50,989 nucleotides of DNA, from NCBI GenBank assembly GCA_964293355.1, contig CAXZAJ010000002.1, positions 1 through 50,989 of the forward strand. Direction: 5' to 3'. Position numbers and translations under genes: made by a program. This stretch comes from an uncultured bacterium (GTDB lineage: Bacteria > Spirochaetota > Spirochaetia > Treponematales > UBA12059). Under the pieces are notes generated by a model. It saw only the letters and a list, made by a program, of their open reading frames with translations, did not search any database and had not been told where the DNA came from. Shown here piece after piece: positions 43,025-50,412 of the stretch (the first letter of the stretch is position 1; the number at the start of each line of letters is the position of its first letter).

Positions 43025-45547
43025 TCATGCTTTGATTTTCGGGCGCAGCCCCTTGGTGGGCTCGGCGACGAGGGGATCCAGTGGCCAGTAATGCCTGGGG
43101 TAGCGCCTGGCCAGCTCGGCCCTGATCTCCGGGTACGTGGTGTTCCAGAAACTCGCCAGGTCGCTTGTAACTTGCAAGGGCCTGTCAGCCGGCGAAAGCA
43201 GCTCCAGCGTCATTGGCTTGCCGCAAGCCATGGGACTTCTTGCCATGCCGAAAAATTCCTGGATTCGGGCGGCCAGTCTGGCCGGGCCGCTTGACGGGTA
43301 TGCAGGCCTTCTTCGCCGTCCGCCTGGGGTCGTTACGAAAGCAGGAGCCGCCTTGTCGATGGCTGTTACCACTTCGCGGCCCAGTATTGACTTCAGGAGA
43401 GCTTCGAGGTTTCCTGCGTCGATGACGGGGCCTGTGGGCGACAACCAGTCAGCTGAAGCGGCAGCTATCGATTCCAGAAGAGCAGAATCGGTCAGGGTTT
43501 CTGCTTCTACCCTGGCGCCTGGGGTCAGAGCTCTGTCCCCCGAGTCAGTTCGCGTGGAGAAGTATCTGGCCCGATCGACAAGCGAGCGAGCGTCCTCGCT
43601 CCAGGATAGCCAGTCCAGGCCTTCGGCTCGTAGTCTGGATGTGAATGCTGCGACGAGCAGGTCTGGCGGTACCCTGTCCAGCCGCCGTTCGCCGAGCGTT
43701 ATCACACCGGCCTTGGTTCTCACCCAGGCCGCCGCTGAAAGACCCCGCCACTCCACCTCGAGTACCGACACCGCTCCAGGGAGCAACGCGGCTCTGGCTG
43801 CGGGAACATTAACCGGCGCACCGCTTCGAATGCGGCCGAGCGGATCTCCCGCGTCCACATCCACGGCCAGTAGCCATTCGGCCCTCGGCGACGCGTAGCT
43901 GGCCTTGGCCCGCCGCCCGGAACTGAACTCCCAGTTGCCGTCGGGTAGCCGCCTTGCCAGCCTGTCCGGAAAACCAGGCGCCATGACATCGCCGATTGCC
44001 GCAATGCCTGAAGCGGCGGCCGCCGGGTTGAAGGTGCGCTGGCTGCGATGGTCCAGCCCGGATCCAGTGACCCTGGAAACCAGGCGATCCGCTTCTTTCA
44101 GTATGCGGCTGGATCGCGGGTCTCCGTACGCAGCCCGGGCGGTGCCAGCCAGCAGGCGTTCCAGGCCTGCGATGAAGTCACCATCCGCTTCGGGTGCTTC
44201 GCGCTCGGTCATGGCGGGTGCCGCGCCGGCGGCGGCATGGAGGTTCTTCTGCTCTGTCCCCGCGGCGAGCAGGGCTGCCGCCGAGCGTGGATCCGCACCC
44301 AGTGCCGCCGCGCGCCTTCCGGTTTCCATTGCCAGACCAGCGGAGTCGACGAGTCCTATGTTCCTCAGGACCGTAACCGCGGCGTCCCATGCATGGCGTG
44401 GCGGTGGATCCAACCAGCGTACCGATTCCAGGGTTGTATTACCACGGATGGCGCATTCAAGCACCACGCCAGACAGTTCTATCCGTTCGAGCTCTGTCCC
44501 CCGTGATGGCGCGAGCAGGTCAGCTTCGTTCCAGCAGCGGAGGCAGAGTCCCGGTCCCAGGCGGCCGGCCCGTCCCCGGCGCTGGTCTGCTTCGGCGACA
44601 GATACCCGCTCGGTGACGAGCCTGTTGAGTCCGCTCGGCGCATGGAACCGGACGAAGCGCGAAACGCCGGAATCGACGACAGCGCCGATCCTGGGTACCG
44701 TCAGGCTGGTCTCTGCTACGCTGGTGGCAAGTATGACACGGCGATGTGCGCCGGGCGGTGGTGCCAGTACCGATTTCTGCTCCATGAGGGACAGCGAGCC
44801 GTGGAGCGGCAGGATTCCAATTCCTGAAGGAAGGGAACCGAGCATGGCGGAAACTGCACCTATTTCGCGCAGGCCCGGCAGAAAGGCCAGCACATCGCCA
44901 TCGCTCGATCCAAGGGCTTCGAGTATGGCAGCTGTGACTGATTCTTCGAGGTATGCACCATTCCGGGGCGGCCGGTACGCGGTGGTGATGGGGTAAAGGC
45001 GGCCGGGTGCGTGTATCGCGGGGCAACCAAGATAGGTCGAGACCGAGGTGGAGTCCATGGTCGCGGACATGGCGAGTATCGAGAGCCCCTCCCGCGCCTC
45101 GCGCGCTTCCACGGCGAAGGCAAGGCCGAGCTCGCATGCCGCGGAGCGTTCGTGAAACTCGTCGAAAACCACGAGTGAAACGCCTGTCAGGAAGGGATCT
45201 TCCTGCACCATGCGGATGAAAACCGCCTCGGTGATGAATTCTACGAACGTGTCGCGGCCTGCCTTGGTATCGCCGCGGACGCGGTATCCGACAGCCCTGC
45301 CGAGCTCTGACCCCAGTAGTTCTGAAACCCTGGAAGCAGCGGAAATGGCGGCAATCCTTCTGGGCTCCAGGACAAGCGCTTTTTTCGCGGACGCTTTACT
45401 GGCGAATGCGTTCGTTTCGACGAGGTATGCAGGCACGGTGCTCGTCTTGCCTGCGCCGGTCTCGGCTGACAGGACGAGCGAGCCATTCGTGAGTGCGCGG
45501 GCGATATCGGGGAGTAGCGGGAAAATCGGCAGGTCGTCGAGGTGCAT
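43025..45547 (-). CDS. hrpB: ATP-dependent RNA helicase HrpB (DEAH box)
   Basis: 840 aa. SAETGAGKTS, DEFHERS, SATM, QRRGRAGR. The C-terminal LELLSPADRPLQVTSDLASFW...RYPRHYWP is collinear with E. coli HrpB. Confidence 0.9.
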   Translation of the reverse strand: MHLDDLPIFPLLPDIARALTNGSLVLSAETGAGKTSTVPAYLVETNAFASKASAKKALVLEPRRIAAISAASRVSELLGSELGRAVGYRVRGDTKAGRDTFVEFITEAVFIRMVQEDPFLTGVSLVVFDEFHERSAACELGLAFAVEAREAREGLSILAMSATMDSTSVSTYLGCPAIHAPGRLYPITTAYRPPRNGAYLEESVTAAILEALGSSDGDVLAFLPGLREIGAVSAMLGSLPSGIGILPLHGSLSLMEQKSVLAPPPGAHRRVILATSVAETSLTVPRIGAVVDSGVSRFVRFHAPSGLNRLVTERVSVAEADQRRGRAGRLGPGLCLRCWNEADLLAPSRGTELERIELSGVVLECAIRGNTTLESVRWLDPPPRHAWDAAVTVLRNIGLVDSAGLAMETGRRAAALGADPRSAAALLAAGTEQKNLHAAAGAAPAMTEREAPEADGDFIAGLERLLAGTARAAYGDPRSSRILKEADRLVSRVTGSGLDHRSQRTFNPAAAASGIAAIGDVMAPGFPDRLARRLPDGNWEFSSGRRAKASYASPRAEWLLAVDVDAGDPLGRIRSGAPVNVPAARAALLPGAVSVLEVEWRGLSAAAWVRTKAGVITLGERRLDRVPPDLLVAAFTSRLRAEGLDWLSWSEDARSLVDRARYFSTRTDSGDRALTPGARVEAETLTDSALLESIAAASADWLSPTGPVIDAGNLEALLKSILGREVVTAIDKAAPAFVTTPGGRRRRPAYPSSGPARLAARIQEFFGMARSPMACGKPMTLELLSPADRPLQVTSDLASFWNTTYPEIRAELARRYPRHYWPLDPLVAEPTKGLRPKIKA
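43521..43540. repeat. Head-to-head pair of the abundant word forming the 20-bp quasi-palindrome GGGGTCAGAGCTCTGTCCCC, inside hrpB
   Basis: Read directly. The two copies overlap by 2 nt around the SacI-like core GAGCTC. Read on the - strand it encodes SGDRALTPGA. Confidence 0.95.
44251..44261 (-). repeat. Abundant word, perfect 11-mer (GCTCTGTCCCC on the + strand)
   Basis: Inside hrpB; read as AGTEQ. Confidence 0.95.
44490..44501 (-). repeat. Abundant word, perfect copy (AGCTCTGTCCCC on the + strand)
   Basis: Inside hrpB; read as RGTELE. Confidence 0.95.
45303..45314 (-). repeat. Abundant word, perfect copy (AGCTCTGACCCC on the + strand)
   Basis: Inside hrpB; read as LGSELG. Confidence 0.95.
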
Positions 45548-45638
45548 ACCGCATTGTGCCCCATGCCGCGCACCGTGGACAAGGCAGAATGGACGACGGT
45601 AACTGACGCCGGTGGGTTAGGAGTATATACTTGAAGGC

Positions 45639-46376
45639 GTGGACAACGAGCAGGTATACGAGAGCGGATCTTCCATGGTAGCGGAATCTCCCGGGATAGG
45701 CCTATACGCGGAGCGCGGCCTTCATGCAGCGCTCAAGGCCGTCTACGCGACCCGCCCCGGCGCGCGGCTTGAGGTGCGGGTGGCCGGCAAAGTCGTCGAT
45801 GTGGTGCTGCCGGACGAGTTTGTCGAGGTACAGACCCGGAACATTGGAGCCATTTCCGACAAGATCCTGCACCTCGCCTGCATCAAACCTGTCCGTATCG
45901 TGCATCCCATAGTTATCGAGACTATTATAGAACGCATCGATCCGGGCGACCACTCGCTGGCTTCTACGCGCAAGGCGAAGACCCGTCGCGATTTCTACAG
46001 CATTTTCGACGAGCTCGTGCACGCGCCTCTTGTCATAGCCTCGCCGAATGTCCGCTTCGATGTGGTGCTCGTGCGGGTGCGGGAACTGCGGGTGCGCGAT
46101 GGCTCCGGGTCATGGCGCAAACGGGGCGATCGTGTCTTGTCGCGGGATCTCGCCGGCATCGTCGCTACGACCAGCCTCGACACCAGGGCGGACTGGCTCG
46201 CGCTGATTCCAGCCACGCTCGCGCCTCCCTACGAATCTGCTGCCTTGGGATCCGCACTCGGTATTTCCGTGCCACGGGCACGCAAGGTGCTGTACTCCTT
46301 TGCCCGCGCGGGGCTGTTGCGCGAGGCAGGCAAAACGGGCAACCGAAAGCTGTATGCGGGGTCAGAGCTGACGTGA
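45639..46376 (+). CDS. Hypothetical protein: N-terminal PD-(D/E)xK-nuclease-like pattern plus a C-terminal winged-helix-like segment (inferred)
   Basis: VVDVVLPDEFVEVQTRN resembles a D...E-x-K/Q nuclease core. SAALGSALGISVPRARKVLYSFARAGLLRE resembles a wHTH. The start is uncertain (GTG 45639 or ATG 45675). Confidence 0.55.
   Translation: MDNEQVYESGSSMVAESPGIGLYAERGLHAALKAVYATRPGARLEVRVAGKVVDVVLPDEFVEVQTRNIGAISDKILHLACIKPVRIVHPIVIETIIERIDPGDHSLASTRKAKTRRDFYSIFDELVHAPLVIASPNVRFDVVLVRVRELRVRDGSGSWRKRGDRVLSRDLAGIVATTSLDTRADWLALIPATLAPPYESAALGSALGISVPRARKVLYSFARAGLLREAGKTGNRKLYAGSELT
46358..46369 (+). repeat. Abundant word, perfect copy GGGGTCAGAGCT
   Basis: Last codons of the nuclease-like gene; read as AGSELT*. 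Confidence 0.95.
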
Positions 46377-46384
46377 GGTCTGAT

Positions 46385-47623
46385 GTGAAGATTTTGTTCG
46401 ACGTTCACTGCCACACGATGTCCCTCGCCAGGCCCGCCATCGGCCGCTTCGTGGATGCGTTCTTCGGCGGTGGGTTGCAGTCGTTTTTCTCGCAGGTTGC
46501 CGCGCCGGGCTACATCCTCTCTTCCATAACCCGGAATGGAGGGGAGACCCTGCGCAACCTGCTGGCAGTCGTGGAGAACGATCCGGCCGATCTGCTGGCC
46601 CTCATCGAGGATGACCTCGCCGGAGTCTACCTGCCCTCGGATTCGGAAAAGCAGGCTGTCATCGGATCATCCGGCCTGAGCCTGCTCGGGGAGGACTGGG
46701 ACACCTGGCTGGTCTGCCCGCTCCTCATGGACTTCGGAGCGCGGTCGGTCAGCGGGTCGGTCTATTATTCCTCGCCACCCAAAAAGACCATCGAAGAAAG
46801 CGTCCGAGAGATGCTCGCCGGCATTTCGGGGTACAGGAACGCGCGTCCGGATGGTCGCCTTGTCGTCAGGCCATTCCTGGGGCTCGATCCTGGTGCTCGA
46901 GGTGCGGCCGAGACTGAACTGGCGCTCTTCACCTATTTTTCCAGCTACGTAAAGCGCCGGCCAGCACAGCTTTCATCGTTCCATGCGAGCGCACGCTGGA
47001 AAGGCGCTCCGGGCCGGACTCCGCGCAGCTCCTTCGCGGGCATCAAGCTGTATCCACCGCTGGGCTTCAACCCGTGGCCCGGGAACCGTGACGAGCTGGA
47101 TGCAGTCCGGTTGCTGTACGGTTTCTGCGAACAACGGGGGATTCCCCTGGTCGTCCACTGCGACGACCAGGGCTTCAGGACTATCCCGCTGGACAGGGCC
47201 ATGCACCTGACCGACCCCAGCCGCTGGCAGCCCATCCTCAAGGAATATCCTGACCTCGTCGTCGATTTTGCCCATTTCGGAGAGCGCTACCTTGGTCGGA
47301 CCAGGGACCGCGGCCAGTGGACGAAAGCGATCATCGGCCTGATGGAGCGATATTCTGGCGTTCATGCCGATGTCGCGTTCAATGGGTGCGATGCCGGGTA
47401 CTGGACGAAGCTGGCTGGAATCCTGGACGGACTCGACGCAACGGTTGCCGATACGGTGCGGAGCCGGCTCCTCTTTGGCACTGACTTCGTCATCAACCTC
47501 ATGAAGACCCGCTCGTACCTCCACTACGTTCGCGACTTTGCCGACAGCCCGCTGGACCTGGAACTAAAGCGGTCGATGCTCAGTGACAATCCTTCGCGGT
47601 TCCTGTTCGGCAGCGCTTGCTGA
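46385..47623 (+). CDS. Amidohydrolase-superfamily (TIM-barrel metal-dependent hydrolase) protein
   Basis: I prefer GTG 46385 (GAGG upstream), giving (M)KILFDVHCH with an HxH motif. Later metal ligands are VVHCDD, DFAHFG and LFGTDF. Confidence 0.65.
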   Translation: MKILFDVHCHTMSLARPAIGRFVDAFFGGGLQSFFSQVAAPGYILSSITRNGGETLRNLLAVVENDPADLLALIEDDLAGVYLPSDSEKQAVIGSSGLSLLGEDWDTWLVCPLLMDFGARSVSGSVYYSSPPKKTIEESVREMLAGISGYRNARPDGRLVVRPFLGLDPGARGAAETELALFTYFSSYVKRRPAQLSSFHASARWKGAPGRTPRSSFAGIKLYPPLGFNPWPGNRDELDAVRLLYGFCEQRGIPLVVHCDDQGFRTIPLDRAMHLTDPSRWQPILKEYPDLVVDFAHFGERYLGRTRDRGQWTKAIIGLMERYSGVHADVAFNGCDAGYWTKLAGILDGLDATVADTVRSRLLFGTDFVINLMKTRSYLHYVRDFADSPLDLELKRSMLSDNPSRFLFGSAC

Positions 47624-48760
47624 TCAGCGAGCCGAATCCAGCCATTCGTCCAGCTTGTGGAGCGCCTCGGGCATGTTGGCCCTGCCAAAGCCTATCCTGA
47701 AGTACGATTGTTCGTAGTCGTAGAAGGCCCCCGGCAGGAGCAGCACGCCGGACTCGGCCACCAGCCGCTCGGCGAGCGCTCCGGCGTCCGAACCGTCAGT
47801 CAGGTGCGGAAAGGCTATCGATCCACCCGCAGGAGGAGTCCACTGCGCAAAATCAGGCCTGCGGCGGAAGAAGCCATCGAGCAGAACCAGGTTCCCGGCG
47901 ACGAGAACCCGGTTCCGAGCCGCTATCGTTTCCAGGTTCCTGATGGCAATTTCGGCGAGGACCTCGCTCGGCGCCGAGGAACATATCGAGTTGTAGTCCT
48001 TGACGACCGCGACGGCATCGAGGATATCGTGCCGCCGCGATGCCAGCCAGCCTATGCGGAGCCCTGCCAGGCCCGAGTGCTTGCTGAGCACGTCGAGCGC
48101 TACGCCGTTCTCGTATGCCTCGCACACCGAGGGCAGCCTGGCGCTCTGGTCGCGCTCAAGTCGGCGGTACACCTCGTCCACCAGCAGCAACGCGCCAATC
48201 TTGCGGGCATAGGCGACGATAGCATCAAACTCGGCCCTGGTGGGCAAGGCTCCAGTGGGGTTGTGCGGCGCGTTGAGCACTATAATTCGAGCTCTGTCCC
48301 CGCAGAGACCCGGCAGGTCGTCAGGATCGAGGAACCAGCGGGGCTGCCCGTCTTGGCCGGTCGTTTCGCGCAGCTTCCAGGGCACCACTTCGCAACCGAG
48401 CGAGCGGGGTATCTCGGCCAGCGACTGGTAGCAGGGGTAATTGACGACGACACGGTCTCCGGTCTTCAGCGTGGCTAGGTACAGGTTGAGTATCGCCTCC
48501 TCGGCTCCCGAGTGCACGAACACCGATTCGGTGCCGAGCCCGGAATACTGTGCCGCGATCGCGGCGCGGAGCGGCGGGGCACCGCGAGTCTCGGTATAGC
48601 CCAGCCGCATATCCAGTAGCTTATCCAGCGAGCCATCTTCCATGGCCAGCAGGTCCCTGATCGGCATCGACTCGCAGTCCGAAGAGCAGAGCAGGAATCT
48701 GGCGCTGAATTCATGCTTGGCAAAGAAGCGCTCGAGCGCGAATGGCTGGAAGAATCCCAT
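47624..48760 (-). CDS. Class I/II pyridoxal-phosphate aminotransferase
   Basis: I prefer ATG 48760 (MGFFQPFALERFF). NAPHNPTG, SKHSGLAGLRIGW (PLP Lys). Its stop codon abuts the stop of the convergent amidohydrolase gene. Confidence 0.8.
   Translation of the reverse strand: MGFFQPFALERFFAKHEFSARFLLCSSDCESMPIRDLLAMEDGSLDKLLDMRLGYTETRGAPPLRAAIAAQYSGLGTESVFVHSGAEEAILNLYLATLKTGDRVVVNYPCYQSLAEIPRSLGCEVVPWKLRETTGQDGQPRWFLDPDDLPGLCGDRARIIVLNAPHNPTGALPTRAEFDAIVAYARKIGALLLVDEVYRRLERDQSARLPSVCEAYENGVALDVLSKHSGLAGLRIGWLASRRHDILDAVAVVKDYNSICSSAPSEVLAEIAIRNLETIAARNRVLVAGNLVLLDGFFRRRPDFAQWTPPAGGSIAFPHLTDGSDAGALAERLVAESGVLLLPGAFYDYEQSYFRIGFGRANMPEALHKLDEWLDSAR
48290..48301 (-). repeat. Abundant word, perfect copy (AGCTCTGTCCCC on the + strand)
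   Basis: Inside the aminotransferase gene; read as CGDRAR. Confidence 0.95.
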
Positions 48761-48840
48761 GGTAACCCCTTTGTACGCCCGCACGGCGCTGTGTCGACTA
48801 TACCACGAGGCTTGCGAGGCCGGTAGCCGCCTGTGGTGCC

Positions 48841-48894
48841 TTGACGGATTTCACAAGGACTAATACTATATGACCAAACAATATCAAATGGTCA
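48841..48894 (+). promoter_or_regulatory. Candidate sigma70 promoter plus operator for the TetR-ABC-2 exporter operon
   Basis: Promoter TTGACG (48841-48846), 17 nt, TACTAT (48864-48869). Operator inverted repeat TGACCA-N12-TGGTCA (48871-48894). The -35 and -10 spacing is exactly 17 nt and the repeat starts 2 nt after the -10 element. Confidence 0.35.
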
Positions 48895-48931
48895 CAGAAA
48901 TGCGATGAGCGTTTTTGATTTGGGAGGAACC

Positions 48932-49564
48932 ATGCCGGCAGCATTTGATGAGAGGGAACGGGAATCGATACGTCGTCGCCTGCTGGATGCCGCTCTTGAT
49001 GCGCTTGCCCGGGGTGGGCTCGCCGCCACAAGCGTTGCTGAGCTGGCGCGGTCTGCCCTGATAGCCAAGGGTTCGTTCTACATTTTTTTCAGTTCCAAGG
49101 AAGAGTTGTTCATGGAAGCCCTGGAATCGATGGAAGATCGTTACCGCGCCCGTTTTGCCGAGGCAGCCTGCGGCACAGGCTCTGCGGTCGAGCGCCTTGA
49201 ACGGGCGTTCAGGGCGGCTTTCTACCTCATAGAGACGGAGCCTGCCTTGCGCTCGGTTGATGCCGCAACGATGGAGCGGCTCGCCCGTGCCTTGCCACCG
49301 GACCGTCTGGCGAGGCATGCCGCTGACGATGCCGAAGCCAGCGCGCGCCTGGCCAGCGAATGGCGACGCCAGGGCCTGATCGCGGACGATGTTGAAGACT
49401 CCGCTGTAGCGGCGGCCAGCTATGCGGTTTTCCTTGTGGCGGCGGGGCTTCGCACTATTCCTGTCCCGCTGCGAGCAGTTACCGAAGCGGTTGTCATCCG
49501 AGGACTGGCCTGTTCACTGGCGCCGCATCCCGGATTTGGCGATACAGAAGGAGCCTCAGAATGA
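48932..49564 (+). CDS. TetR/AcrR-family transcriptional regulator
   Basis: I prefer ATG 48932 (GGGAGG upstream). HTH LAATSVAELARSALIAKGSFYIFFSSKEELF. Confidence 0.8.
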   Translation: MPAAFDERERESIRRRLLDAALDALARGGLAATSVAELARSALIAKGSFYIFFSSKEELFMEALESMEDRYRARFAEAACGTGSAVERLERAFRAAFYLIETEPALRSVDAATMERLARALPPDRLARHAADDAEASARLASEWRRQGLIADDVEDSAVAAASYAVFLVAAGLRTIPVPLRAVTEAVVIRGLACSLAPHPGFGDTEGASE

Positions 49565-50412
49565 TACGCGTCGACAACCTCCGCTTTTCCTATCCTCGTT
49601 CAAAAAGCGAGGCCGTCCGGGGCATTTCGTTTTCTGTAGCACCCGGAGAAGTCTTCGGCTTTCTTGGCCCGAGCGGTGCCGGCAAGAGCACCACGCAGAA
49701 GATCCTCCTCGGGTCGTTGCGGGGCTATTCAGGGGCAGCATCGGTGGCTGGCGTCGAGGCCTCCAGGGCTAACGGCTCGTACCGCGCCGGGCTTGGAGCC
49801 GCGTTCGAGTTTCCGTGCTTCTACCAGAAGCTGACAGGTCTGGAAAACCTGCTGTTGTTCGCGTCGTTCTACGATGGCCCCCAGGACAATCCGCGCGAAC
49901 TCCTGAATCGCCTTGGCTTGGCCGAGGCTGCTGACAGGCGGGTGGGCGAGTATTCAAAAGGCATGAAAATGCGCCTGAATCTGGCGCGCGCTGTCATTCA
50001 CCGGCCGCGCGCCCTGTTTCTGGACGAACCTACGAGCGGGCTTGATCCTGCCAATGCGCGCATCGTCCGCGACATCGTCAGGGAGCGCGCGGCAGACGGC
50101 GTCGCGGTGTTCCTGACCACACACGACATGGCAGCCGCTGATGCCGCCTGCGACCGCGTCGCGTTCCTGGTCGACGGGAGCATTGCCGCCTGCGACTCGC
50201 CCTGCGCGCTGAAACGGCGCTACGGCAAGAGGGCTGTCGTCGTCGACAGAACCAACGGGGTCAGAGCTCAGAAAGAATTCCCCCTGGACGGCCTGGCCGA
50301 CAATGCCAGCTTTCTGGATGAGTTGCGGAAGCCCGGGCTACTGGGCATACGTACCCTCGATGCCAGTCTGGACGGCATTTTCCTGCAGCTGACCGGAAAG
50401 GAGCTGGCATGA
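49561..50412 (+). CDS. ABC-2 type exporter ATPase
   Basis: The ATG overlaps the TetR stop (ATGA). Walker A GPSGAGKST, signature YSKGMKMRL, Walker B LFLDEPT. Confidence 0.85.
   Translation: MIRVDNLRFSYPRSKSEAVRGISFSVAPGEVFGFLGPSGAGKSTTQKILLGSLRGYSGAASVAGVEASRANGSYRAGLGAAFEFPCFYQKLTGLENLLLFASFYDGPQDNPRELLNRLGLAEAADRRVGEYSKGMKMRLNLARAVIHRPRALFLDEPTSGLDPANARIVRDIVRERAADGVAVFLTTHDMAAADAACDRVAFLVDGSIAACDSPCALKRRYGKRAVVVDRTNGVRAQKEFPLDGLADNASFLDELRKPGLLGIRTLDASLDGIFLQLTGKELA
50257..50268 (+). repeat. Abundant word, perfect copy GGGGTCAGAGCT
   Basis: Inside the ABC ATPase gene; read as NGVRAQ. Confidence 0.95.

Noticed and set aside
2726-50268. The abundant word considered as a classical REP/REPIN or MITE family.
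   Set aside because: Most copies are inside conserved coding sequence. They lack flanking conservation beyond about 14 nt and do not form hairpins of 20-40 nt. I keep only a weaker link to the neighbouring RAYT as a hypothesis (see findings).
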